Source: Octopus vulgaris (lineage: Eukaryota). Taken from it: DNA of 64,000 nt. Of this stretch, positions 41,330 to 54,274 are shown one piece after another. Within the stretch, counting starts at the first letter, position 1. Each line of letters starts with the position of its first letter. The notes beneath the pieces were generated by a model. It was given only the letters and a program-made list of their open reading frames with translations, ran no database searches and was not told the origin of the DNA. A program made the translations under genes and the position numbers. The stretch is taken from NCBI GenBank assembly GCA_951406725.2, contig OX597817.1, forward strand, positions 29,450,001 through 29,514,000. The letters are read 5' to 3'.

Positions 41330-42149
41330 GGATCTTTTCCTTTTGAACGGCATATGTCAACACAATTTCTAGTTAACTAAACACTTTTAAACTTCGTATA
41401 CTGGTAGAATGTGTTTATAAAACATCATTTTTTTCTTGGCTTTATTGAGAAAATTCTATACTTTGTAAGATTTTTCCACTTTAAAATCGATCATTTCGGC
41501 AATTTTAACCAATCGCTGGAGTCCATTTGGGGTTCAAACATTCCGTGCTGTATGAATATGTCCCTCCTTTAAGAAACAGATTGGGTTTATTTACATTTGC
41601 GAAGAAAAAAAGATACCCTTCCTCCACCCCTAACCCTAACCCTAACCCCACTCCTAACTCTAACTAACCCTAACCCTAAAACAGATTGAAATGCAATAGA
41701 TCGATACTAGGGTTATAATTATGGGTGACATTTTCATTAGACACGGCTAGAAAAAAATCCCATTTTCCGTAGCGGTGTCGTATGAAATTGTCACCCATAA
41801 TTATGACCCTAGTATCGATCTATTGCATTTCAATCTGTTTTAGGGTTAGGGGTGGGGAAAGGGTATCTTTTTTTTCTTCGCAAATGTAAAAAAACCCAAT
41901 CTGTTTCTTAAAGGAGGGACATATTCATACAGCACGGAATGTTTGAACCCCAAATGGACTTCAGCGATTGGTTAAAATTGCCGAAATGCTCGATTTTAAA
42001 GTGGAAATATCTTACAAAGTATAGAATTTTCTCAATAAAGCCAAGAAAAAATGATGTTTTATAAACACATTCTACCAGTATACGAAGTTTAAAAGTGTTT
42101 AGTTAACTAGAAATTGTGTTGACATATGCCGTTCAAAAGGGAAAGATCC
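41330..42149. mobile_element. 820-bp foldback derivative of the TTAGGG MITE (two inverted copies) with its own 8-bp TSD
   Basis: Arms ~41330-41745 and ~41775-42149 nearly identical in reverse complement; TSD AATTTCGT at 41322-41329 and 42150-42157. Confidence 0.85.
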
Positions 42150-42353
42150 AATTTCGTTGAATTCCAACAAGTGGTTGTTAATTAAATTAAAAAATGTTAA
42201 TAATTTGAAGCGCAGTTTGTGTGTGTGTATGCTTTCACTGAGATGGTTTTGTTAAGCAGTGTCGACTTTTACAATTCTGTAAATACTAATAATAGTATTT
42301 TATAAGCTTAAATCTTATAAAATACTATTATTATTATTTACAGAATATATATA

Positions 42354-42785
42354 TATAATATTAATTAGAGACGAAACCACTATTATGCAAATCAAACAAA
42401 GAAAGACTTAATCCAATACATAAAAATTTTATATAAATTAAATAAAATTAAGTTATCCATTACAATTGTTTCTTGTCACTTCTAAGGACATTCATCAGGT
42501 GGTTTTCAGACCTTCTATTCAATTTTAAAATTGAATAGAAGGTCTGAAAACCACCTGATGAATGTCCTTAGAAGTGACAAGAAACAATTGTAGTGGATAA
42601 CTTAATTTTATTTAATTTATATAAAATTTTTTATGTATTGGATTAAGTCTTTCTTTGTTTGATTTGCATAATAGTGGTTTTGTCTCTAATTAATATTATA
42701 TAATATTTTACTATAAAATTGGATTCAATCCTAAATCTGATTTTTCCCTGTAAATTTGGATTTATTCCCTAATATTTATTATTAT
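42354..42785. mobile_element. Penelope-like pLTR fragment forming a spacerless ~345-bp palindrome with mirrored hammerheads
   Basis: Centre AATTTT|AAAATT at 42526/42527; right arm runs on ~85 bp to a (TA)n tract. Confidence 0.8.
42551..42596 (+). ncRNA. Minimal type I hammerhead motif (mirror copy 42457-42502, minus strand)
   Basis: CCAC-CTGATGA-a-TGTC(loop)GACA-a-GAA-ACAATTGT-A-GTGG. Confidence 0.7.
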
Positions 42786-42849
42786 ATATATATATAGAGA
42801 GAGAGATAGATAGATAATAGATATATATATGTATGTATATATGTATACT

Positions 42850-43483
42850 TGGATGCTATACACACGCCAAGAGCGTCGCCTAAACATCTTTCACCTGCGC
42901 TGCCTCCGGAAAATCCTCCGCATCAAATGGCAGAATCATATCCCCAGCAAAGATGTCCTCAGGCAAGCAGGAATACCAAGCATGTTTGCACTCCTCACAG
43001 AAAGACGTATGAGATGGCTTCGGCATGTTAGCCGTATGAAAGATGGCAGAATCCCCAAGGACATACTCTACGGGGAGCTTGCTAGGGGTACTAGGTCTGT
43101 GGGTAGACCGTTCTTACTATACAAGGATGTTTGCAAAAGGGACATGAAGGCCTGCAACATCAATATCAGCGGTTGGGAGGCAGTTGCCGGCAACCGTGGA
43201 GATTGGCGACGTACCGTAAAAGAGGGAATACAAAGGAGTGACAGAGAGAGAGAGAGAGAGAGGAGAAATGGAAAGACAAGAAGAGACGTCAACAAGAAAC
43301 TATGGCATTACAACCAGTCAGGAACAGTCTTCGCTACATTTGCGGTACCTGCCAGAGGGAGTGTTTGTCCAGGATAGGACTACACAGCCACAGCAGGAAA
43401 TGTATCAGGACAGGAAATGTAAAAGCCGGACTAGACTATTTTAAGCGCAACTCCATTGTCTCCCGAGACAAAAAGGATGCCAA
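42850..43483 (+). mobile_element. RTE (BovB-like) LINE 3' end, 5'-truncated, inserted in microsatellite
   Basis: RLNIFHLRCLRKILRIKWQ, RRMRWLRHVSRMKDGRIPKDILYGEL, GRP, C-terminal CGTCQRECLSRIGLHSH zinc finger after a frameshift in a (GA)n tract. Confidence 0.9.
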
Positions 43484-43501
43484 CCATGTATGTATATATG
43501 T

Positions 43502-43535
<34 letters not shown>

Positions 43536-43543
<8 letters not shown>

Positions 43544-44538
43544 ATATTTCGGAATGGTCATATTGCCAGTTTAGCCAATAAAAACACACGCACTATATAT
43601 TTGGTGTTATTTTGCTTCAGTGATATTTATTTTTTACATTAATCTTAATCTTATTTCGGCCAAAGTTCTTTCGTCACACTCCTGTGACCGCATCAGTGGT
43701 CCTTTGTTTTCTTCTCACTTACTTGTGTCTCTCCTTACTAACCGTCAGCCATTTTGTATTTCTATTGTATGTCTTCATTTGCGCATGCTTATATCTCTAT
43801 GTGCGTCTATGTTTATTTAGTGTGTGTGTGGGGGGATGCCTGTAATATTTGTATCTTCTGGTTATATACATTCTTGTAATTTGTATTTTGTTTTTGCTGT
43901 TGTTGCTTTTGTTCTAATTTTGTTCATGTGTTTACATCCACCCATTATTATCATTACATATGCTTGTATGTATGTATAACAACAATATTAGTAATAATAA
44001 TAATAAATCTAATCGAAAAAAAAAAAATATATATATATATATATATTTTTTTTTTTTTCGATTAGATTTATTATTATTATTACTAATATTGTTGTTATAC
44101 ATACATACAAGCATATGTAATGATAATAATGGGTGGATGTAAACACATGAACAAAATTAGAACAAAAGCAACAACAGCAAAAACAAAATACAAATTACAA
44201 GAATGTATATAACCAGAAGATACAAATATTACAGGCATCCCCCCACACACACACTAAATAAACATAGACGCACATAGAGATATAAGCATGCGCAAATGAA
44301 GACATACAATAGAAATACAAAATGGCTGGCGGTTAGTAAGGAGAGACACAAGTAAGTGAGAAGAAAACAAAGGACCACTGATGCGGTCACAGGAGTGTGA
44401 CGAAAGAACTTTGGCCGAAATAAGATTAAGATTAATGTAAAAAATAAATATCACTGAAGCAAAATAACACCAAATATATAGTGCGTGTGTTTTTATTGGC
44501 TAAACTGGCAATATGACCATTCCGAAATATAACAATAT
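43536..44538. repeat. ~1-kb near-perfect palindrome of a Penelope-like pLTR with (AT)n centre and mirrored hammerhead-like motifs
   Basis: Arms are reverse complements (identical mirrored ORFs 43620+ and 44254-); one substitution seen (43745 T / 44329 G); same terminus restarts at ~63978. Confidence 0.9.
44372..44416 (+). ncRNA. Hammerhead-like motif with variant core CTGATGC (mirror at 43658-43702, minus strand)
   Basis: GGACCA-CTGATGC-g-GTCAC(aggagt)GTGAC-GAA-AGAACT-T-TGGCC. Confidence 0.55.
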
Positions 44539-44591
44539 CTGTTTCAACACACGACTTCACATAAAAAATCTTGCACAACAAATATTTAAAC

Positions 44592-44660
<69 letters not shown>

Positions 44661-44944
44661 AAATAGAAAAGTGTGAAAAAACTACAGAAGGCTTGTTTTA
44701 TAAGGTTAAAGAATATATTTAAGTCGTTATGTTAGAAGAATGTTATAAAATTTTTCATGCAGTAACATGGTTTTTGAGGAAATTACCGATTTCGTGTTAA
44801 CTTTTCAAATTTTTCAAATGTCTTTACCTACATCGTGTTATGTCTTCGTTATGCAGTGCAAAGAAGAGTTCCAGGTAGGGGGAGGTAATAAGCGATTTCT
44901 TCCGGTATAAGGGAGATAATCGCTTTATATTTCTTTTCCCTTAT

Positions 44945-45923
44945 TTAATGGGGTGAGTTTCTCTGTATAAGAATGTTAGAATGGTTAAGTTTAGGCTTAT
45001 ATTTTTCAATGAAGAATGTTTCCTTGTTTAATCTAATTTGTGTTGGTGTTCCAATAGCACATTGATAGAATGGAAAGATTAAAAATTGTGGTAGTAGTTG
45101 CTTTGCGCATTTCTCAATATGCTCACTAAAGGGTATCATTCTGTATTCTGGGAATGCAATCTGTTGTCGATGCAGAGTGCATCTACGTCTGAGTGATAAT
45201 CCCGTGGACCCCACGTAGTTTTGGTGGCAGCCCGAGCACCTTATGCCATAAATTATGTTTTCAGAAGCACAAGTAAAATTAGATCTGATCTTGAATTTTT
45301 GTCCCTCTTTGAAAAGGAATTCTGATCCTTCTAGAAGGTTTGGGCATGTTGCGCAGTTTGGTCTACCACATTTTTTAACTTTTGCATCCATAATTTCAGA
45401 AAACAATTTTGCTTTTGTGAGAATCTTTTTAAGTGATTTAGGTTGTTTGTAGCTTTTAATGATTTTATGTATGTTTAGAATTTCCTTTAATTTGGGGTCC
45501 TTATGAAGTATTGGTAAATTCTGGGTGATGATGGTGAAGGCTTCTTTGTTTCTGGGGTTGTATGTAGATATGTAAGGCAGTATTTTCGGGGAAGTTGTGT
45601 TGTTATGTTGAACTTTTCTCAAAGTTTCTATGTCGATTTCTGTTGCATGTCTGATTCCATCTTTCTATGAGTTGAACTGGGTAGTGTCTGTCAATTAGGG
45701 TGTTTTTGAGTTCTTGTAGTCTAAAGTTCCTGGTATTTTGTTCTGACACTATTGTGCATATCCTTCTTGCAAGGTTGAAAGGGATATTTGTTTTAGTGTG
45801 TCTTGGGCGGCATGAATCAAAAAGTAGGTATTGTTTGGCGTCTGTGGCTTTGTAAAAAATGTCTGTTTCTATTTTAAGGTTAATTTTCTTAATTAGTATA
45901 TCTAAGAATGGTAGCGAAAGCAA
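44945..45923 (-). mobile_element. Penelope-like retroelement (Neptune-type), 5'-truncated: RT C-terminus plus GIY-YIG endonuclease, one frameshift
   Basis: LPFLDILI..IETDIFYKATD..QYL.FDSC.P (RT motif 7/thumb); CGRPNCATC linker; NIIYGIRCSGCHQNYVGST..RRCTLH..HIEKC..KETFFIEKYKPKLN. Confidence 0.92.
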
Positions 45924-46026
45924 CCGATAAAAAAAGTACTAGGCTTACAAAGAATAAGTTCTGGTGTCGATTTACTTGACTAAAAGTCGCTGTTCCAGCA
46001 TGACCACAGTCAAATGACTGAAGCAA

Positions 46027-46063
<37 letters not shown>

Positions 46064-46495
46064 TGAAGATGAGATTTTCTACTGATATATTTTTAACGAA
46101 TACTGAAGGAATAAATTTTAAATATAAACTTAGAGGAAATTATAAATTTTTAGCTATGGAAATACATATATTTCAAACTTAGATTTTTAAAAAATTAGTT
46201 CAGACAAGATCTATGCAACTGAAATTATGAATATTACTTGAAATTGTATTCACCGTTAAATTTGTCTGCTTTTGATGACTAGAGCTATATTGTAAATACT
46301 AACATAATTTAGTACTGAGCACTACTCTCGGTTTATTGGATACACGTATGTTATACAACGTTGAAATTGAACTGAGGAGAGATATGATATTGAAACGCAA
46401 ATCCAATTGGAATGCTATTGAATAAATACAAAATTAGTGTCTTTCAAAGTCATTCTTCCAAATTTCATACAGAAAGTAAATTGAAGTCAAAAAAT

Positions 46496-46851
<356 letters not shown>

Positions 46852-46881
46852 TATGTATATATATATATATATATATAATAC

Positions 46882-46938
<57 letters not shown>

Positions 46939-47151
46939 TAACACACATATACATATATACACATATACACATATACACACGCATGTATATTTATTTATAT
47001 ATGAGTTAGACTTACAGGAAATAATATATGCACGTATAAGTGTTGCTTATATGCACATACATATACATGCATACAAGCATGCATACATACATACAAGCAT
47101 GCATACATACATACATAATATATACATATATATATATACATACATACCTAC

Positions 47152-47182
<31 letters not shown>

Positions 47183-47340
47183 TGCACACACACGCGCCCA
47201 CATACACACACGTATGTATATATATTGATAAAAATGTTAAGACAACAAAAGAATGAAAGATACCTCGATATTATATAAATAGAGGAATTTATCTGTAAAT
47301 ATTCTGTAAATATAATATGAGACAATTATTCGGTAGCCAT

Positions 47341-47401
47341 GATAAAACTCCGAGTTTCGGATGTCGGGGTGGAAACCCACGCCGGCATCTCTTCAGTTAT
47401 C
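47341..47401 (-). ncRNA. Well-formed type I hammerhead motif at the 3' end of a Penelope-like fragment (~47215-47640)
   Basis: GATAA-CTGAAGA-13-bp imperfect GC-rich stem II-GAA-ACTC(G)GAGT-T-TTATC; upstream peptide ELIKKLKLMLN resembles a GIY-YIG C-terminus. Confidence 0.8.
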
Positions 47402-47759
47402 TGTACTATTTTGCCATTTTGCAATATTCTTAATTTAAAGTCGTATGCTGAAATGTTCATGTATCTTTTTTTGTAGATCCCAATGCAAATAAAAACACAT
47501 GCCCTGGTTGTGTTTAACATCAGTTTCAATTTCTTTATCAGTTCGTTATGTGGATTATAGGGAAATTGTTTATTTGGTTGGGCAAAGCCTTTTCTTGAGA
47601 AACTGCGTCGCAAACAATGCGGATTTGCCCGTCTTACATATCTATTCTTTATACTTTGTAGTATATGAAATTTTCAACCTTTGTTCTGCTATTTATGTTT
47701 GTTTGCATTGTGTATATGAGTGTGTGTCAGCGTTTTTGTTGTTGTTGCTTTTCGTCTGA

Positions 47760-48138
47760 CTCTTTTACTTGTTTCGGTCATTTGACTGCGGCCATGCTGG
47801 AGCACCGCCTTTAATCGAGCAACTCGACCCCGGGACTTATTCTTTTTGTAAGCCCAGTACTTATTCTATCGGTCTCTTTTTGCCGAACCGCAAAGTAACG
47901 GAGACATAAACACACCAGCATCGGTTGTCAAGCAATGCTAGGGGGACAAACACAGACACGCATATATATATATACGACGAGCTTCTTTCAGTTTCCGTCA
48001 ACCAAATCCACTCACAAGGCTTTGGTCAGCCCGAGGCTATAGTAGAAGACACTTGCCCAAGGTGCCACACAGTGGGACTGAACCCGGAACCATGTGGTTC
48101 GTAAGCAAGCTACTTACCACACAGCCACTCCTGCGCCT
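47760..48138 (-). mobile_element. SINE family A, full length
   Basis: Complete head and tail. Confidence 0.85.
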
Positions 48139-48799
48139 GTATGTGTGTCTGTGACGACGGATACCAAAGAGTGTGTGAATGTTGGATTGTTGTGTTGAAC
48201 TTGTACTGAACATTTTGACATTAGGTTTTAGGTTCATTACGGCCACCTATATCTATATGCATGTGCATGTATTTTGTTTGCATTCTGTTCGTTCTGTCTA
48301 TTTCTAACCATTCATTTTACCATCCACACACGTTTGTTGGTAGCACTTAGTGACATATCTCAGCACAAATATTTATCCACGTACATGCACATGCTCAATC
48401 GATGTACGCCGTACGCAATATATGTAAAAACGTTTCCACAACTTATAGGAGAAAGGGCACGTAGTATAGGCGACATACTAGAGGTATAAAGGCGAGAATG
48501 CAACGAAAGGAAACCAATGTCAGTAATGTACCAATATGCAAAAGATAAACATAGTGATTCGATAAATAACAAGACGTTAACGATCTACATATCGTTACGA
48601 CACAGCACTAATACAAATACCTACAAGTAGGGTCTGAAGCAATGCGTATTCTCAACATCCACAACTCTCTGGACATGAATAACTTCTTTACCAATAAAAG
48701 AACTAAAAAAATTACTAAAAGTATAATGATGTAAATTTTAAAACGTAATTTATAACAGCATTTGACAGCAATGCATATTCAAGAAGAACCTATTACACA

Positions 48800-49893
48800 T
48801 AAACACATACATGCTGTTGAAGATCAAAATGTTCCATCTCCATCACTTCTGACACCGGACTCTATAACTACTATGAAATTTACGCCAGCCATCCTACAAC
48901 GTCACCTTAGGAATAAACGTAACTATGCCTCTCCTGGTTTCGATGGTGTTACCTACCTACTTCTCAAACGTGGTGGGTACTTTCTTCTGAACCAACTTTC
49001 ATCATTCTTTCACTTCTGTCTTGACGACGATGTTACTCCAGAGCAGTGGAAAACTGCCAGTGTTATCCCTCTGTTCAAAAACGGTGATAGCACATCACCT
49101 GTCAACTATCGCCCCGTCAGTCTTACTAACTGCATCACTAAACTAATGGAATCCTGTGTCATAGAAACCCTCTGGAACTTCTGGATGTCTCACAGCCTCA
49201 TCCAGCCGTCACAATTTGGATTTATTTCTAACTCCAGCTGCTCGAATTTCTTGAGGACATTACCCGAATCACTGATGGCGGCTCCTGGGTGGATGTTGTT
49301 TACCTGGACTTTGCTAAGGCTTTTAATTCTGTGCCACACAAAAGACTTATGGTGAAACTCTCCGCAATGGGTGTAAGAGATGATCTCTATAAATGGTTGA
49401 AGTCCTTCATTATCGGCCGAAAAGAGATTGTCACAGTTCTAGGACGGCACTCTTCACCCTATGAGATGAAATCTGGTGTACCGCAGGGATCTATTCTTGG
49501 CCCCCTTTTATTTGTTGCATATATTAATGACATAGATGCCAACTTAAAAAATGTCAGTGCTGAAATATACAGATGCCATCAAGCTGTAACTCGAAATAAA
49601 GAGGAGAGATCCTGTACACTATAGATCTTTATTGCAATCAGGTCTGGACCCCTATCTTACCCAGGATATTAATCATCGGGAAACCGTTCAGCGACATGCA
49701 ACCAAGAGAATACCCTCCATCCATTTGCTATATTCTGAACGCCTTACTTCCCTGGGCATGGATACATTGAAAATCCGACGTCTGGCAACTGACTTGGCAG
49801 ACACCCATATAATTATTAACCATCTCACTAACAATAACTCTGAGCACCTTTTCAAACTCCACCTGTCTAACACCCGTGGACATGTTTACAAAG
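48800..49893 (+). pseudogene. CR1-like LINE reverse transcriptase fragment, frameshifted and internally deleted
   Basis: SPGFDG, WKTASVIPLFKNG, NYRPVSLT, QFGF, YLDFAKAFNSVPH, SGVPQGSILGPLLF, YIND, NTRGH..K. Confidence 0.9.
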
Positions 49894-51459
49894 TCGCGGA
49901 GCTTAGGTGTTTTTGCTCAATAAACACTCACAATGCCCGGTCTGGGAATCGAAACCGCGTTCTTATGACCTAACTACTGGACCATTGCGCCTCCACCTAT
50001 GCTGTTGTCATAGAAGCTTTCGTTGTTTTTGAGCCACAATTTTGGTTTTTAAATGTACTAGTGTGACAGTCTTTCTTTTGTCAGTGTATATTTTGTTATT
50101 TCCGTGTATATTTGGTTCTGCTATGCTATTTTTCACTGTGGTTTGCAAAATCATCTGCTATATGTACCAATTTTTGCTCTTTTATTTTCATTGTGTTGTG
50201 CATGCTCAGGTGTTTTGCATGCTGTGTTTTCATTTAACGAGCTTTCGTTGGTTTGTAGAAGTTTATCTTTTCTGTGCATGATCAGTTCTTTTGTGGTATT
50301 TTCAGTGGGTGTTCTTCTTATGAGCTACTTTATTCCTATCATTGTTTATTTTAAATATATATAAATTTGTTAATGTGTTGCAAATATAAATTTCATCTGA
50401 CATACTTTTTTATGCCGCTTGTGTATGATTGTGAAGTATATCTCAACTATATTTTAGATTCTTTTTTTTTGTTATTTTAGCACTGATCAGTGCTGAATAT
50501 GCATATTTATCGCTTAAGTCATTCCATCCATGATTATCCATCTTCTTTTAGACATTGTTGCTTGAGCACTTGATGCCTCATATACTCTTCTTTTTCAAAG
50601 ATGGTTAAGTGTAATTGTCGAGAAATTTGGCTGCTGTTTCTAGTAACTCGAAAGACCAAATAGAGGCTTAGATACTAGATCCTCGGTCCATTGTTTCTTT
50701 TTTAACTCTATTCTATTTTGAAAGACACTAGTAGTGTTAAGCAGTTCTTTAAGTTGTTGGTTAAATATTTTCAGAGGACAGCACATCTGATCTTTCTGTT
50801 GAAAGATACCGACTCTGAATTTCCTAATAAACTCTTGGTGGTTTTAGAGAAGATTGTATTGTTGATCCTGATTGCTGTATTTGTTGCATTGGTTTTGATT
50901 TACAATGTTTCATTTTATACTATTTGTGAGTCCCTGTTTTATGTGTTTACGTTATTAAAAATGACTTCATGCAGTCATTTATTCGCAATTTAAACAATGT
51001 CAGTTATCAAATCCGCCCATTTTTTAAAAAAGTGATTGTGTGTAATATATGTGTTATTTCTCTATTCATTCAAACAACAAGGGGTATCCAACAAGGGGTA
51101 AGCAAGTAAGTACTCGTTCTTTAAACCGCCTTAAATAATATCAGGACGAAGATTCTACATAATGATTTCACAATTTCCATAAACAAAGAAATAAATCTAA
51201 AGCATCAAAACAACTGCAATAAAAGAAAGGAAAGTAACAACGAAAGCAAATGCAACTACATGAAAAAGTACAGGCGACTTTGAAATCACAAAAAAAAAAA
51301 ATCCCCATCAAATTATAAACACCAACCACCACACCTGCAATCGTAACAGCAACAAACATAACCAAAACAAATGAAACAACAAAAACGTCAATAACAGCAC
51401 ACAGATAATTACTTGTCTACACAGTTCTCAGATGGAAAAAAGGATGAGACGAAATGTGG

Positions 51460-52345
51460 TTAGTTAGTTAGTTAGTTAATTTGGCTCAAAAGCAAATAGC
51501 AAGGCCATGTAGGGGGACATGGACTTAAGTACAGGGTGGTGTTCATGTAAAGAGTTCAGGCCACTTGAGGTCCAGGGAGGCTTTGAACAAAGCGGTCGTC
51601 GGCATCTTTACCATCTCGTCTGGCAGCTTGTTCCACGGATCCGCAACCCGGACGGAGAAAGCTCCTCTCCTTCGATTGAGATGAAATCGTCGCAGGTAGA
51701 GCTTTTCGGAATGACCCCGCAGCCGACGCTCTGGAGCAGGAGTGAAGAACAGCTCTTTCGAGAGGTTACACTTTCCGCTTATGATGTTGTGGGCGAGAAT
51801 GAGATCACCACGGCGGCGGCGTTTTTCAAGAGAATAAAGGTCGAGCGTCCTCAGCCTTTCTTCGTAGGACAAATTTTTGAGACCATGAACCATGCGGGTA
51901 GCCAGCTTCTGGACTCTTTCGAGATGCTGTATGTCTTTGAGGAGATAAGGAGAAGAGGCTTGAATCCCATACTCCAATATGGGTCTCACCAGCGTGACAT
52001 AGAGTGGTAGGAATATGGCTGCTGTGAGCATTCCGAATGACCGTCGAATCAAGAACAGAATTCCGCGTGCTTTGTTGGCAGCATGGACGCACTGGGCCGA
52101 AGGCGAAAAGGAGGAATCCACCAAGATACCCAGGTCCTTTACCTGATCGGTCCTCTCCAGCAGCAGACGACCCGGCTCGAAATCAAGTTGAGTTGCAGGA
52201 GTAGAGCCGACAGGCAGATGAAAGCACTTTGACACGTTCAGACACAGGTCCCAATCGTTAGACCACTTCCAAATTTGGTGGAGGCATCGACGAAGATCCT
52301 CTATATTACCGCGAGGAGCGACCAGTTTGATATCGTCGGCAAAAC
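51460..52345 (-). mobile_element. CR1-like LINE 3' end, open frame from FADD to stop, short 3' UTR, (TAAC)n tail
   Basis: FADDIKL, KDLGILVD, YVTLVRPILEY, LERVQKLATRM, RRRGDLI, LRGHSEKL, FSVRV..WNKLP; tail at 51460-51478. Confidence 0.92.
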
Positions 52346-54274
52346 ATAGACATAGATGTGGTGGCCATCTGAGAAACCAAAACTTTCGACTTGCAATCAC
52401 TGGTGCCCTTTCTGAGCAATTACAAGGAAGTTTGAGCAAAGTGACCGTAATGTAGTGATCGGGATTTCTTGGTATGAACCTTTGTCATTGATTCAGATAA
52501 CATCCCAGACTTGTAAGTAGAAGTAGACACAGTGCTTTCAGACTAAGAGCCATTTATGCATCATTCGCGAAAAGGCAATCGGATTTGTTTAAATATCTAG
52601 AAAGATATTTTCATTGGTATCTATGGAGAACTAGAATGGCATATTAGTTGCACGTTTAAATTTTTTGGGAATAATTGATAGACTTGCTGAAGCAATTCCA
52701 TTTTTCTGATGGCGGTTTTTCTTTCCATCATCGGAGAAAACCTCCATTTTTTTAGTCGATGTTTGTTCATAACAGTTGCAATTTGCCAGCATAAAAGGAA
52801 TTTAAAACACCATGATGTTTCAACCTAGATGTATGACTCTTTCATAGAATCTATCTAGTCGATCTAGAATTGTGATCTAGAATTTTATGAACAAACATCG
52901 TCTAAAGGAAGGAGGGGGTTCCCGATGACGAAATACTGCAGTGTTCAGATATTTACGTTCGCATCTGTAAGAATGTGTTAGAACAAATAAATTTCTGTTG
53001 GGATTCTCACAGTTTTGTGTGCTCCCTATAAATTACTATCTATTTGGCAGCTATCAACACTCATCAGCAATAATTTGCTTGCTGTTTTCTATAAACAAAA
53101 TGTCGGGCTCTTGGCAGATTCATAGATCCAGTGTTGTAGCTTTGAGGAGATCTGCAACAAGGCCAAAACATCGTGGTATCTCAAAGTCTTCTTACACCGG
53201 TGAAGAGTGTTATAAACTCACATAATCAAAGGGAAGAAATGTTCTTCGATAACTGAAAATAACAGTAATCATATAATCGCTTTTGAATCTACCAGAAAGT
53301 ATTAAGAAGGAATAGATACGTTATTGCTTGGGTTCTTGCTGTTCTGGTGGTGCACTCCATTATTCATTGTTGTAGGGTTGATAAAACAAGTACCACCTGA
53401 GTACTGGGATCGTCATAACTGATTAGTCAGCTCCTCCAAAATTTTAGTCCTTTAGGCTATTATAGAAATATTACTATTGTAGTAGTAGTGGTGGTGGGGT
53501 GGTAGTAGTAGTAGTAGTAGTAGTGGTTGTGGAGGTGGTAGAAGTAGTTCTTGTTGTTGTAAAGCAGTGAGCTGGCGGTGTGTTGGTCAAAATGCTTATC
53601 AATATATCTTACGGCTCAGTACATTCTGAGTTCAGTTTCCATCAGGAAAGCTTTTGCGTTCATTTTTTTGAGGTCGATAAAATATAATGCTAGTCACATA
53701 CTGGAATCAATGTAACCAACTATACCACTCGCCCTTGGGTCCAAATTTGAAATCATCTAAGTTGACAAAGCTGCCAGAATCTTTAGCATGTCAGAGACAA
53801 TGCTTAACTGCATTTCTTCCAACTCTTTACAATCTGAGTTTATGTTTGCCTGGGTCAACTTCGCTTTCCATCCTTTCGGGGTTGAATAGATAAATACCAG
53901 TTCAGTACTGGGGTCGATGCAATTGACATCCTCTTCCCTTGAACTTGTTGGCTTTATCCTAAAGTTAGAAAGAATGATTATTTCCACCACCACCACCATC
54001 ATCATCGTCAAAATCATCATCACTATTAATAAAGTACCGGTCACACAGAATGGCATAAAAATTGCTGACCTTGTGCTAAAATCAGAAAGCATTAATATTG
54101 TTATTACTGTTGCTTTTGTGTTGTTTGCTCCATCATTCCATGTTTTCCATATATATAAGCTGATGGGATCCTCTGAACACTCAATTTTTAGAGCTCTGTG
54201 ACATGGCTAGGATTCACAGCATTCCTCTTAGAAGACCATTACTTCTTGTATTAGTTTAATAGTGGTTCAGTATA

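Noticed and set aside
41628-41677. (CCCTAA)n as a telomere or chromosome fusion site
   Set aside because: Short, degenerate and internal to a multi-copy MITE.
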